The notes beneath the pieces were generated by a model, which worked only from the letters and a program-made list of their open reading frames with translations, ran no database searches and was not told the origin of the DNA. From IMG/VR virus record IMGVR_UViG_3300044805_000534: a stretch of DNA of 64,000 nt; one strand, given 5' to 3'. The translations under genes and the position numbers were made by a program. Below, in pieces: positions 29,088 to 38,300 of the stretch (within the stretch, counting starts at the first letter, position 1; every line of letters starts with the position of its first letter). Source of the stretch: an uncultured virus (IMG/VR IMGVR_UViG_3300044805_000534) (Duplodnaviria > Heunggongvirae > Uroviricota > Caudoviricetes).

Positions 29088-30680
29088 TTACGCCTTAGTT
29101 TCTGTAGGTGGGTCTTGTACCATTAAGACCTCAGTTGTAAGCATCATAGATGCAATCGAAACTGCATTTTCAATAGCTACTCTGGCTACTTTAGCTGGAT
29201 CAATAATACCTGAGTCAATAAAATTACAATATTCTCTGGTTTTTACATTATATTCCTGACCTCTATTCTTCATTTCTGAAAGAATTGCATCTGGTGACTC
29301 TCCTGCATTAGTTAAAATAACTCTAAATGGTGCTAGACATGATTCTAATAAGATTGTACGACCTAGTCTATGTTCAAAGTTTTGGGTTTGAGCAATAGTT
29401 GGTGTTAATTCTTCAGCAATTTTACAAAGTGCAACTCCACCGCCTACAACAATACCTTCTTCAACTGCCGCTCTGGTTGCACCTATTGCATCGTCAATGC
29501 GGTCAATTTTCTCACGCATTTCAATTTCAGAGTGGGCTCCTACTTTAATAATAGCAACTCCACCATCTATTCTAGCAATACGCTCTTTAAGAATTAGGGT
29601 TGCTGATTCGTTTGTGCTGTTTTCAATTTGAGCATTAATATCTGAAATACGCTCTTTAATCGAGTCTTGCAGGCCTTCTCCACCAATAATTGTAGTAGAG
29701 TCTGCTGTAACAATAACTTTAGTGGCTGAACCTAATACTTCAGAAGCAATGGTTTCAGCTAATGAATAACCCTCTCGTTCAGAGACGGTTTTGGCGCCAG
29801 TTAGGATTGCAATATCGTCTAGGTTTTCTTTACGTAATTCTCCAAAGCCTGGAGCTCTAACCGCTGCTGCTTTAATTGTTCCTCTTAATTTATTAAGAAC
29901 CATTGTATTTAAAGCATCGCCGTCTACACTTTCAGAAATAACTAATAGTGGACGACCCTTTTGATTTGAATATTCTAAGAACTGTACAATATCATTTAGC
30001 ACAGAAACTTTACCATCTACTAATAAGATTAGGGCGTTTTCAAATTCAACTTGAGGTTTTTCGTTAGAATTAATAAAATATGGTGATAGGTAGCCTGATT
30101 TAAATTGCATTCCTTCTACTATATCAACATAGGTTTCAGCTGATTTACTTTGCTCAACCGTAATAATTCCATCAAATCCAACTGCCTCCATACATTGAGT
30201 AATTAAAGCACCCATAGATTCATCGTTATTTGCAGAAATTGTTGCAACTTGATGAATGTGAGTAAGATCTTTAACTGGAATTGATGATTGGCTTAGCGCT
30301 GCAACTATTTCAGTTAAAGCAGCATCCATACCTCTTTTTAATTCGATTGGGTTGGCTCCTGTCGCAACTGCTTTTAATCCTCTATTGAAAATTTCTTGAG
30401 TTAATACTGTTGCCGTGGTTGTACCATCGCCGGCTAACTGCGCAACTTTGTGTGCAACCTGTTTTACCATTTGCGCACCAACATCAGCAATATGATCAGA
30501 TAATACTACTTCTCTAGCAACGGAAACTCCGTCCTTTGTAACAGCTAAACCGCCATCTCTTGCGATAACGACATTACGTCCACCTGGACCCATTGTTACT
30601 TTTACTGAATTGGCTAATGTATCAACACCAACTTTTAATCGGTTTCTTGCATCAGCATCAAAAATTATTGTTTTTGACAT
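29088..30680 (-). CDS. groEL: Chaperonin GroEL
   Basis: TMGPGGRNV, VTKDGVSVA, AGDGTTTATVL, RAPGFGE, ATRAAVEEGIV.GGG, GIIDPAKV; no GGM tail. Confidence 0.96.
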   Translation of the reverse strand: MSKTIIFDADARNRLKVGVDTLANSVKVTMGPGGRNVVIARDGGLAVTKDGVSVAREVVLSDHIADVGAQMVKQVAHKVAQLAGDGTTTATVLTQEIFNRGLKAVATGANPIELKRGMDAALTEIVAALSQSSIPVKDLTHIHQVATISANNDESMGALITQCMEAVGFDGIITVEQSKSAETYVDIVEGMQFKSGYLSPYFINSNEKPQVEFENALILLVDGKVSVLNDIVQFLEYSNQKGRPLLVISESVDGDALNTMVLNKLRGTIKAAAVRAPGFGELRKENLDDIAILTGAKTVSEREGYSLAETIASEVLGSATKVIVTADSTTIIGGEGLQDSIKERISDINAQIENSTNESATLILKERIARIDGGVAIIKVGAHSEIEMREKIDRIDDAIGATRAAVEEGIVVGGGVALCKIAEELTPTIAQTQNFEHRLGRTILLESCLAPFRVILTNAGESPDAILSEMKNRGQEYNVKTREYCNFIDSGIIDPAKVARVAIENAVSIASMMLTTEVLMVQDPPTETKA

Positions 30681-30695
30681 TATGTTTAAATATTT

Positions 30696-31445
30696 TTATA
30701 TAGTATTTCTTGTTATACTCTCTTCCTCGAACAAGTTTAGTCCAGAGACCTTTAATATAATACGGCCGAGGGCAATAACGTCCTCCATATTATAAGTAGC
30801 AATTTCAGTAAGTCGACCTTGCCAAAATGCAGCTGGCACTTCTTCGCCTCGCATAGCTCCTTTAGGTGACGGAATGTCTAAGACTCCACAGATAAGATCT
30901 AGTGAAGCAAATCCCTCTTGCCAAGCACCAAATGACCAAACGTCCATTGTATCTTGCATAGGGATTTCCCAAGGTTTTTTATTATGAAAGTGTAATTCAT
31001 CAGGAATAGCAAGACCATTAATTAATAGTCGTTTACATAGATAAGGAATATCGAATCTTTTAATATTATGACCAACTAAGACTCCGCCTGTTGCAAATAT
31101 TTTAGAAATAGATTTTTGTGCTTTAAGTAAAAGCTCTTCTTCGTTTTTTCCTGAAATAGCAGCTACACTAAAGGTAGGTTCGCCGTCTCTATAAACAATA
31201 CGACCAAAACTGATACAGACTATTCGACCGAACTCTGCTTGAAGTGCAGCTTTCTGTGTAAAAAGATCCTCATCGCTTAGGGTCTTATTATCTGGATATT
31301 TTTGTGAAAGAGTATCACGAAGGTAGTCGGCTCGCTTATGCCACTGACTCTGTAGGGCGGGGCTTAATGAATCTACCGCTTGGGTAGTAGTTGAGGTCTC
31401 GATATCAAAAAAGACCATCTTGGAAATTTGCTGTTGTGTAAACAT
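30696..31445 (-). CDS. Stand-alone PolB-type 3'-5' exonuclease (DnaQ-like)
   Basis: FFDIET, AEFGRIVCISFG, GHNIKRFDIPYL, KKPWE, YNMEDV. Confidence 0.85.
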   Translation of the reverse strand: MFTQQQISKMVFFDIETSTTTQAVDSLSPALQSQWHKRADYLRDTLSQKYPDNKTLSDEDLFTQKAALQAEFGRIVCISFGRIVYRDGEPTFSVAAISGKNEEELLLKAQKSISKIFATGGVLVGHNIKRFDIPYLCKRLLINGLAIPDELHFHNKKPWEIPMQDTMDVWSFGAWQEGFASLDLICGVLDIPSPKGAMRGEEVPAAFWQGRLTEIATYNMEDVIALGRIILKVSGLNLFEEESITRNTI

Positions 31446-31490
31446 TGCTTAATAATTTAAAAACAATATACTAAAGATTCTTAAGTTTTG

Positions 31491-31560
31491 GTCAGATTGA
31501 GACTCTTAATTCTTTATTTTTAAAAATAAAGAGAATAGAGTCACTAAGTATCAGTCTGAC
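31491..31560. repeat. 70-bp imperfect palindrome with perfect 22-bp AT core
   Basis: GTCAGATTGA/TCAGTCTGAC outer arms, GACTCT/AGAGTC inner arms, core TCTTTATTTTTAAAAATAAAGA at 31511-31532. Confidence 0.9.
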
Positions 31561-31611
31561 ACCCTCCCAAACCTTTCCCTTATTTTATAGTGATTTGGAA
31601 TAAGGTTTTAG

Positions 31612-31639
31612 AAACCTTTTATAAATTTTTCAGTAAAGT
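31612..31639 (+). promoter_or_regulatory. Putative early/middle promoter AAACCT-N15-GTAAAGT
   Basis: Same spacing as at 19084-19111 and 24982-25009; 20 nt before the GTG start. Confidence 0.4.
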
Positions 31640-31659
31640 ATAGCAAATTACCTAAGTAT

Positions 31660-32322
31660 GTGACTATTATAGGATTTGACTTCTCTATTAACTTCCCAGC
31701 TGCTTGTATCAGTCATGACTTCAAGACTTTTAAATGGGTTGCTGTCACAAACACCAAATTAAGTAAATCATATCTTCACTTCTTAGAAGGTATTAACCTA
31801 GAGTTTCCAGATATCCATATTGTTAATTTAGGAGAAAAGAATAATAAAGGAGCAAGCTATTCAGACACTGAACGTAAGAAATTACAAAATCAGATTATAT
31901 TAGTCAATACTTTAATTGATACGGTTTTAACTAAAGTTATACAAAAGCCTATTATTGTAGGAATTGAAGGTTTTGCATATGGCGCTAAGGGTAATTCTTT
32001 AGTCGATATTGTTCAAACTACTGGAATCTTAAAGAAAACTATAGCAGACCGCCTTTTAGATAAGAATTTATCTGGACTTTTTATATTTTCACCTTCGGAA
32101 CTAAAGAATGCAATAGGAGCAAAGGGTAATGCTAATAAATTTGATGTATTTAATCAATTTATCGAAGACCCCAAAATAGATGCAGCCAGAGACTCAGCTT
32201 TAGCTAAATGCTTAAATAAATATAGAACAGAACTAGTCACATCATCTGAGATTAAATCACCATTTCCCGATCTAGTTGATTCGTATTTAAGCGTATTAAA
32301 AATTTACCAAGCACTAACGTAA
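31660..32322 (+). CDS. RuvC-like Holliday junction resolvase
   Basis: IIGFDFS, IEGFAYG, PSELK...GKGNANKFDV-type segment and DLVDSY give the RuvC acidic residue set. Confidence 0.8.
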   Translation: MTIIGFDFSINFPAACISHDFKTFKWVAVTNTKLSKSYLHFLEGINLEFPDIHIVNLGEKNNKGASYSDTERKKLQNQIILVNTLIDTVLTKVIQKPIIVGIEGFAYGAKGNSLVDIVQTTGILKKTIADRLLDKNLSGLFIFSPSELKNAIGAKGNANKFDVFNQFIEDPKIDAARDSALAKCLNKYRTELVTSSEIKSPFPDLVDSYLSVLKIYQALT

Positions 32323-32741
32323 TGGCAAGAATTAAAGACCCAAAGTTCTATATTAATAATAGAGACTTTACTAACGAAATTATCCGATGCAAACACGGGT
32401 ACTTAAATGAAGAAACTGGCTACCAGCACACAAAGGGGGAGCTTTCTCCAAAAGCAATTGAATATTTTATCCTGTTGTCAAACCGTGCTATCCAAAAACT
32501 AGTATTTAAAAATCCGCTAGACCGCGAGGACTGTATTCAATCCGCGCAATTGGACCTTTTGCGATACTGGCGAAACTTTAATGAAGAGAAATCAAATAAT
32601 GCATTTGCCTACTTTACACAAATCTCAAAAAACGGATATGCTAAAGAATATAAAAAGATCTATAAGCATATTGGAAAAGGCGAAAAGATAATTACGATTT
32701 CACTAAGCCACTCTGGCGAGAGCGAAATCTACACGATCTAA
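32322..32741 (+). CDS. Late-transcription sigma factor (T4 gp55-like)
   Basis: YINNRDF, REDCIQ, RYWRNFNEEKSNNAFAYFTQI; directly precedes the structural cluster. Confidence 0.85.
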   Translation: MARIKDPKFYINNRDFTNEIIRCKHGYLNEETGYQHTKGELSPKAIEYFILLSNRAIQKLVFKNPLDREDCIQSAQLDLLRYWRNFNEEKSNNAFAYFTQISKNGYAKEYKKIYKHIGKGEKIITISLSHSGESEIYTI

Positions 32742-32755
32742 CTTGCCATTTCCTG

Positions 32756-32773
32756 GCTAATAAATAACAAAAA
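32756..32773 (+). promoter_or_regulatory. Putative late promoter
   Basis: GCTAATAAATAACAAAAA, an 18-mer identical to 39235-39252. Confidence 0.7.
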
Positions 32774-32779
32774 GCCAAG

Positions 32780-35299
32780 TTGATGCAACTGACTAATCTC
32801 ATATTTTTTGATAAGTTTGGTGAAAACTATAACCTTCAAACAACTAAGTTCAACCAGGAGACAGGTTCTTCTGATACTATCTCTTGGTGGTACGGCCGAG
32901 AATACATTAATTCAGTTTCAGTTGGATTATATGACAGCCGCCAGATTTTTTTAGTAGAAAAGGACTCTAACAGTTATAAATTTCCTAAACTTTCTCAAAA
33001 TGAAAGAATTGTTGTTAAATGGGAAACAGCTGACTCAACCGACGAGGCATTCTTTTTATATTTAGTTAAACAGGATATAACCGGCAACAGTAATGTAGAT
33101 ACTCCTTATATTGAAAAGGTTAACCAGGTTATTATTAATCATTCGGATTATTCAAATGGATCTTCTTCTCAACTTGATATAAATTTACCCCTACAAATTA
33201 ACGTTGCTTTTTCTCCAATTGAAGAATCGATTTACCAGAGAAAACTAATAGCCTACCATGAAACGCTTTCTAGTGGATCGGTTTTAAGCCGAACTAAAAT
33301 CCTAGAACTTGACTATTATGGTGAGGGCGAAGACGAGGACTCTAGATATAGAATGTGGCTAGAAAATTTTGGAATATCTTTCCATAAAGACGACGCCCAA
33401 TTACTAAAGGATTATGATATTAAAGAGGCCCTACCAGATTGGACTCAAATCGACCAAGCCAGAAAACAGCTTCTTGTAAATAGGGATCAGGTTTTTCCAT
33501 ATGTTGGAACCTACAAAGGCTTAAGCAATTTTATAAACCTATTTGGTTATAAAGATACACTAGACGTTAAGGAATTTTGGCAAAACACCAATAATTCGTC
33601 TGCTGCACTAAACCAATTTGCGCTAGTTAACATAACAGACTTTTTAGATGACGGCAAAATCGATGACATGGTATATGTTTCAACCGGTGGTGCGGTTTTA
33701 GATTCGGGTCAATTTAAAAAGACCTCATTTATTGCCCTATGCTATCAGTTTACTAAAGCCACAGATAATTACGATGAAGATGGCTTACCAGAAGTAATTG
33801 AAACCACTGACTTTACCCCAGCTGAAATTTTCTATAAATTAGACGGCCTTGCCAAAAAGGTAAAACGCGAAATTTTACCTATTCATGTAGTAGTTCGAGA
33901 TATTATTGGCGAGTTTATATTTTTTGAAAAATTCAATATTAGATATTGGTCAGACGACGTACAATCAAGAAGTATTGATATTAATACTAAAATTAAAGCA
34001 GCGGTTGATTTTCCAGGTTCAACCATTGCGGTTCCTTATATTAGAGATATTCGACCAATATTTTATTCAGCTGAAGCTGATTCAACTGATCCAACTAAAA
34101 TTTTAACAGGCTTTCCTAAATATTCGTTTAACACTGGTAAAAATAAAAGTGGAGTATTTTCTGCAATTGCTAATCCATACGATAACCAACAACACTATTC
34201 AGCAACTCAACAATTAGCATTAATTAGTGCGGTTGAGGTTTTCTATAATCAAGTACAAACCGAAGAGTGGAAAAAACACGGTAGGGCCTATTACTGGTCA
34301 AATGGAGAAGTTAACGTTAAAGAACAACTTGCATGTCCAATTATATTAACAGCAAACCTGCCTAAATATAAAATAATGGACTATGACGGAATCACATTTG
34401 CAGACTTAGAAACAGAAGGAGCTAAGGTTAGAGATATTATAACATATTTAAATTTAGTTGATGCTGAGTGGATTATTACCAAAAATGCACCTAACCCATA
34501 TAAGTGGAGTTTCCGTGGATCAATCTATGATTTTAATCAAATTGTTCACTTTTTACCCTATGTTGGAGACTACTTAATTGAATTAAGAGTGTATGACCAA
34601 TTTGCAGGTATTTCAGTAGACTTTATTAAGTTTACCGTAAAACCAACAATAGCATCAACTATTGGATTTACCAGAACTTCTGATAAATTTTCATATCAAT
34701 TTAAAGATTTAACCAATGTTACAGTTGGAGATATGGGAGGCAGTTATATGTTTAACCCAAACGTAACAATTGCGTCATTTACACAAAAAATAGGGGCAAT
34801 CGATTTAGAAAAGGAACTTTTTGATTGGGCATACTATTCCGCAAATTTTAGTAATAATACTTCACCAACTAGTGCCAAAATAAAGGATAAATTAACTGGT
34901 CAATACAAAGAATTGGGCGACTCTACCTTAACTTCAGATTACTCTTATAGTTGGGGAGTAGGCGACAACTCGCTAAAACCTAGAATGAGTGATCTGGCTG
35001 ATGCTAAAATTGGAGACCTATTTCATACAAAATTCTATCAATTATCTTATCAATCTGATTTTTTACAAGGATTTTCAATTGCGGCTCCGACAATAGGTTA
35101 CAAAATTAGATTGGGTCTACATGATCCATATACGGTGCCTAGCTATATTAGCGTTACCAATTTAGTTGATCAATTAAATATTTCAACGCATAGTGCAATT
35201 TCTAAATTTAGATATCGTGCGGTAAATAATCAAGTATATGCAACCGCAAAAGAAAGTTCAAATACAAATAATTTTACCGTAAAAGTAACTCAACTATAA
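32780..35299 (+). CDS. Probable baseplate wedge-type structural protein
   Basis: 839 aa (ATG at 32783); GTYKGLSNFINLFGY resembles the wedge/tail-I motif; PKD-like segment VGDYLIELRVYD. Confidence 0.55.
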   Translation: MMQLTNLIFFDKFGENYNLQTTKFNQETGSSDTISWWYGREYINSVSVGLYDSRQIFLVEKDSNSYKFPKLSQNERIVVKWETADSTDEAFFLYLVKQDITGNSNVDTPYIEKVNQVIINHSDYSNGSSSQLDINLPLQINVAFSPIEESIYQRKLIAYHETLSSGSVLSRTKILELDYYGEGEDEDSRYRMWLENFGISFHKDDAQLLKDYDIKEALPDWTQIDQARKQLLVNRDQVFPYVGTYKGLSNFINLFGYKDTLDVKEFWQNTNNSSAALNQFALVNITDFLDDGKIDDMVYVSTGGAVLDSGQFKKTSFIALCYQFTKATDNYDEDGLPEVIETTDFTPAEIFYKLDGLAKKVKREILPIHVVVRDIIGEFIFFEKFNIRYWSDDVQSRSIDINTKIKAAVDFPGSTIAVPYIRDIRPIFYSAEADSTDPTKILTGFPKYSFNTGKNKSGVFSAIANPYDNQQHYSATQQLALISAVEVFYNQVQTEEWKKHGRAYYWSNGEVNVKEQLACPIILTANLPKYKIMDYDGITFADLETEGAKVRDIITYLNLVDAEWIITKNAPNPYKWSFRGSIYDFNQIVHFLPYVGDYLIELRVYDQFAGISVDFIKFTVKPTIASTIGFTRTSDKFSYQFKDLTNVTVGDMGGSYMFNPNVTIASFTQKIGAIDLEKELFDWAYYSANFSNNTSPTSAKIKDKLTGQYKELGDSTLTSDYSYSWGVGDNSLKPRMSDLADAKIGDLFHTKFYQLSYQSDFLQGFSIAAPTIGYKIRLGLHDPYTVPSYISVTNLVDQLNISTHSAISKFRYRAVNNQVYATAKESSNTNNFTVKVTQL

Positions 35300-35300
35300 T

Positions 35301-38300
35301 ATGTCAGTATTCGCTTTTTGTTATCAATTAACTATACCAGATTCAGTTGAAAGATTTGGAAAAACTTTAGTGTATACTCAACCTGGAGAACCACAACCAA
35401 TTTCTATTCAATTGGACCAAATGTATATGGAAGCATCAATGGGCCCAGAAGGAAATACCTATTATTTTTGTGCATCTGGACAAAGTGAACCAGTTCTTTT
35501 AGTATCTGGTCAAATTTCAAATTTCTCAGAATACGGCATGACCTTAACTGGAGGTTCTTCTCCATGTACAGCGGATGATGATTGTTCTCCTGGATATATT
35601 GGCAATCAACCCGAGTCAATGTGTTATTCAATTGCAATTAACACAGTGGATAATTCACTATCGGATGTAGAATTTCGGTATACTCCAGTCGGCGACCAAT
35701 TCACTTCTCAAGTATTTGCATCAAACTGGTCAATTTACACGACTTCAGGCAATGTCAGAACACTATATATGTGTTCATCAACTACACCAACTATATTATT
35801 ATACGGTGAACCTATATTTGACCCAGGATCATATGGAATTATAGTAGCCGGCGGCACCTCAACCTGTACTAGCGATTCAGCATGTGCGCCAGCTTCGACG
35901 CCAGTAAATTGTGTGCTAAGTAATTGGGGTTATGGTGCAACTCAAGAAACTTGGGTGGCTGGCGCATTTTCTCCATGCCAACTAAGAAACGGATCATATC
36001 AAAGATTTCAAACGCGATATGTAATAACACCAGCGTCTGGAACAGGCACTCCATGTGGTGCAACGATTGAATATACAGCATGTACGCCGACATCAACCGG
36101 AACGGTTGCTACCTTAACTACACCAACGGTTAGTGCAATAACTGCAAGTACTGCAACTGTAACCACAACAATTTCAAATAACGGCGGCAGTGATGTAACA
36201 GCAGTAAGATTTAGGCTATATCAAAATTCAGTTTTAGTATCAAGTATAGCCATAACAAGCTTTAATCTTGGAATTTCTGTGCAGTTTACTGGATTAACTC
36301 CGCTTACTCAATATACAGTGGATGCAGTCGCAACTAACTCAACTGGAAATGGTACATCTCAAATTACGACATTTACTACCCTTAGTAATAATAGTAATAT
36401 ATCAACTCCAATTATAAGTAACCTAACTCAAACCGGCGCTACCCTAAGCTCAACATTTACTAATAGTTCCGGCGATATCTACACTAGATATGGTCTTTTA
36501 TTTAAACTGGGTAACTCTACCAATTTAGTAGATGGCGCGGCTGGTGTAGTTAAAGTCGAAACAGGCGTTCTTGCACCAAATATTAGTCCAGCTGCCTTAA
36601 TCAGTCAATTGGCCGGCCTTACTGCAAATACTCAGTATTATGCAAAAGCCTATGCTCAAAGAGACGATGGGCTCACCTTTTTATATTCAGCCGCAGTATC
36701 GGTCAACACAGCAGGTATTGCAGCTGGTACTAATTTAGCCCAATTAGGGTTAACAACAATTGCTTTATCTGAAAGTAATGAATCAGCTGAATCATATAGA
36801 TTTATTACAAATTCTGCTGCAAATTCAAACCGATCTTATATTTCAACGTTTGACCCTACGAGCGAAGATCCGAGGCCTGGTGTATATCAGTTAACGACTA
36901 CTCTACAACAGGTTAATTTAACTACTCTAACCTGGGCGGTAGAAAGAAAATATAGTCCAAGTGATACTATATGGAAACCGTTTGCAATAGTCAACGGAAC
37001 AACTGACCTTGCATCAATTCAAGCTCCAGAAATGTGGACGTATTATCAATATGCAGCAGATTTAACCTCCCTTGCATTTAGGCCAAGTGTTCCTGGTTAT
37101 TATCGAATAGTCTTGTCTGGTTTGTTTCAAGACGGATCTGAATTTAGCGTAAATAGAGAGCTGGTAATAGGTCGCCCAGTTTCCGATATAAATTTATCGT
37201 ATACTCAATTAAGACAAGGAATAGCTTCGATGGTTCAAGTTACGACCCAGCCGGACTCACCAGAGTGGATTCCTGAATTTGCAACAGACGGTCTATATAG
37301 TGTTGCTGTTAGCCAAAGCGGCACAACACTTTCGGCTAGCTTTATACCAAACAATGTAAGTAGATCATTTACTGCAACATGGGTAATTGCCAATGACAAT
37401 CAACAGGTTACACCAACCTTAACCGTGATCTATAATTCACCATTTAAAAATTATTCGCTACTAAATAGTTTTACTAAACAGATTCCAGTAACAGTATTGC
37501 CTCCTATGCCAGTTATAGATTTTGCAAATTTACAGATATTTGCAAATCCAATCAGCAGCGGCTCAAATATCACATTTAGTGCTGCTTCTGAATATGTTAA
37601 TAATTATGTTATTACATCAAGTTTAGGGTCAGGTACAAATAATAATCCAATAACATATACTGCCGTTGCCGCTGGCACATATGATATTACTGTAACTGGA
37701 ACAAACAATAGTACAGGTGTTATTCAAACAACATCTTCAACCAGATCGCTTATTATACAAGCTGCATCTCCAATTTTATCGCAGGTGCCTCAACAAACCG
37801 TAGGCAGAAACCTATATGTAGATATTAATACACTGTCTTTTGTTAATTTAAATGGGTCAATATTTAACGGACTTAATATAACAGCAAACCCAACCCAAGG
37901 AACAGTAACCTTTAATAATTACGTAATTAGATATATTCCAAACCAGGACTATACTGGAACTGATCTGTTTACATTTAGAGTACTTGGATCAAGCGGCACC
38001 TCATCAAATAGAGTCAATGTATCAATCTTAGTAGCTGCTCCAAGTTTTACCGTCGGATCCGCTAACGCCCCTATTGTTTTTAATTCAACTGAGGTTGGCG
38101 CAAGCAGAGACCTAACTATACCAATTACAAACACAGGCTCCTCTAGTAAACTTGCAATACAGACAATAACACTAGACCAAGACTCAGATGAATTTAAACT
38201 GGTATTAACATCTGGTCAAACTGAAACTGAGGTTAGCGCAATTAATAGTATTGATATTAACCCTAGCGATACATATAACGTAAAAATTAGAGTTCAACCA

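Noticed and set aside
16267..30680. Bacterial chromosome or prophage, suggested by groEL, groES, S1 and nrdAB
   Set aside because: These genes are interleaved with gp32, gp41, gp46/47, UvsX, gp55 and tail genes, share phage promoter motifs, are not in bacterial operon context, and no integrase or att site is visible
31446..31659. tRNA, CRISPR array or terminator in the largest intergenic gap
   Set aside because: No cloverleaf or T-loop motif, no spaced direct repeats; palindrome lies between divergent genes and lacks terminator geometry
4637..36083. Eukaryotic giant virus origin, suggested by eukaryote-like RNR, SET-like and TSP1-like domains
   Set aside because: Contractile tail genes, sigma factor, overlapping operons and intrinsic terminators indicate a bacteriophage
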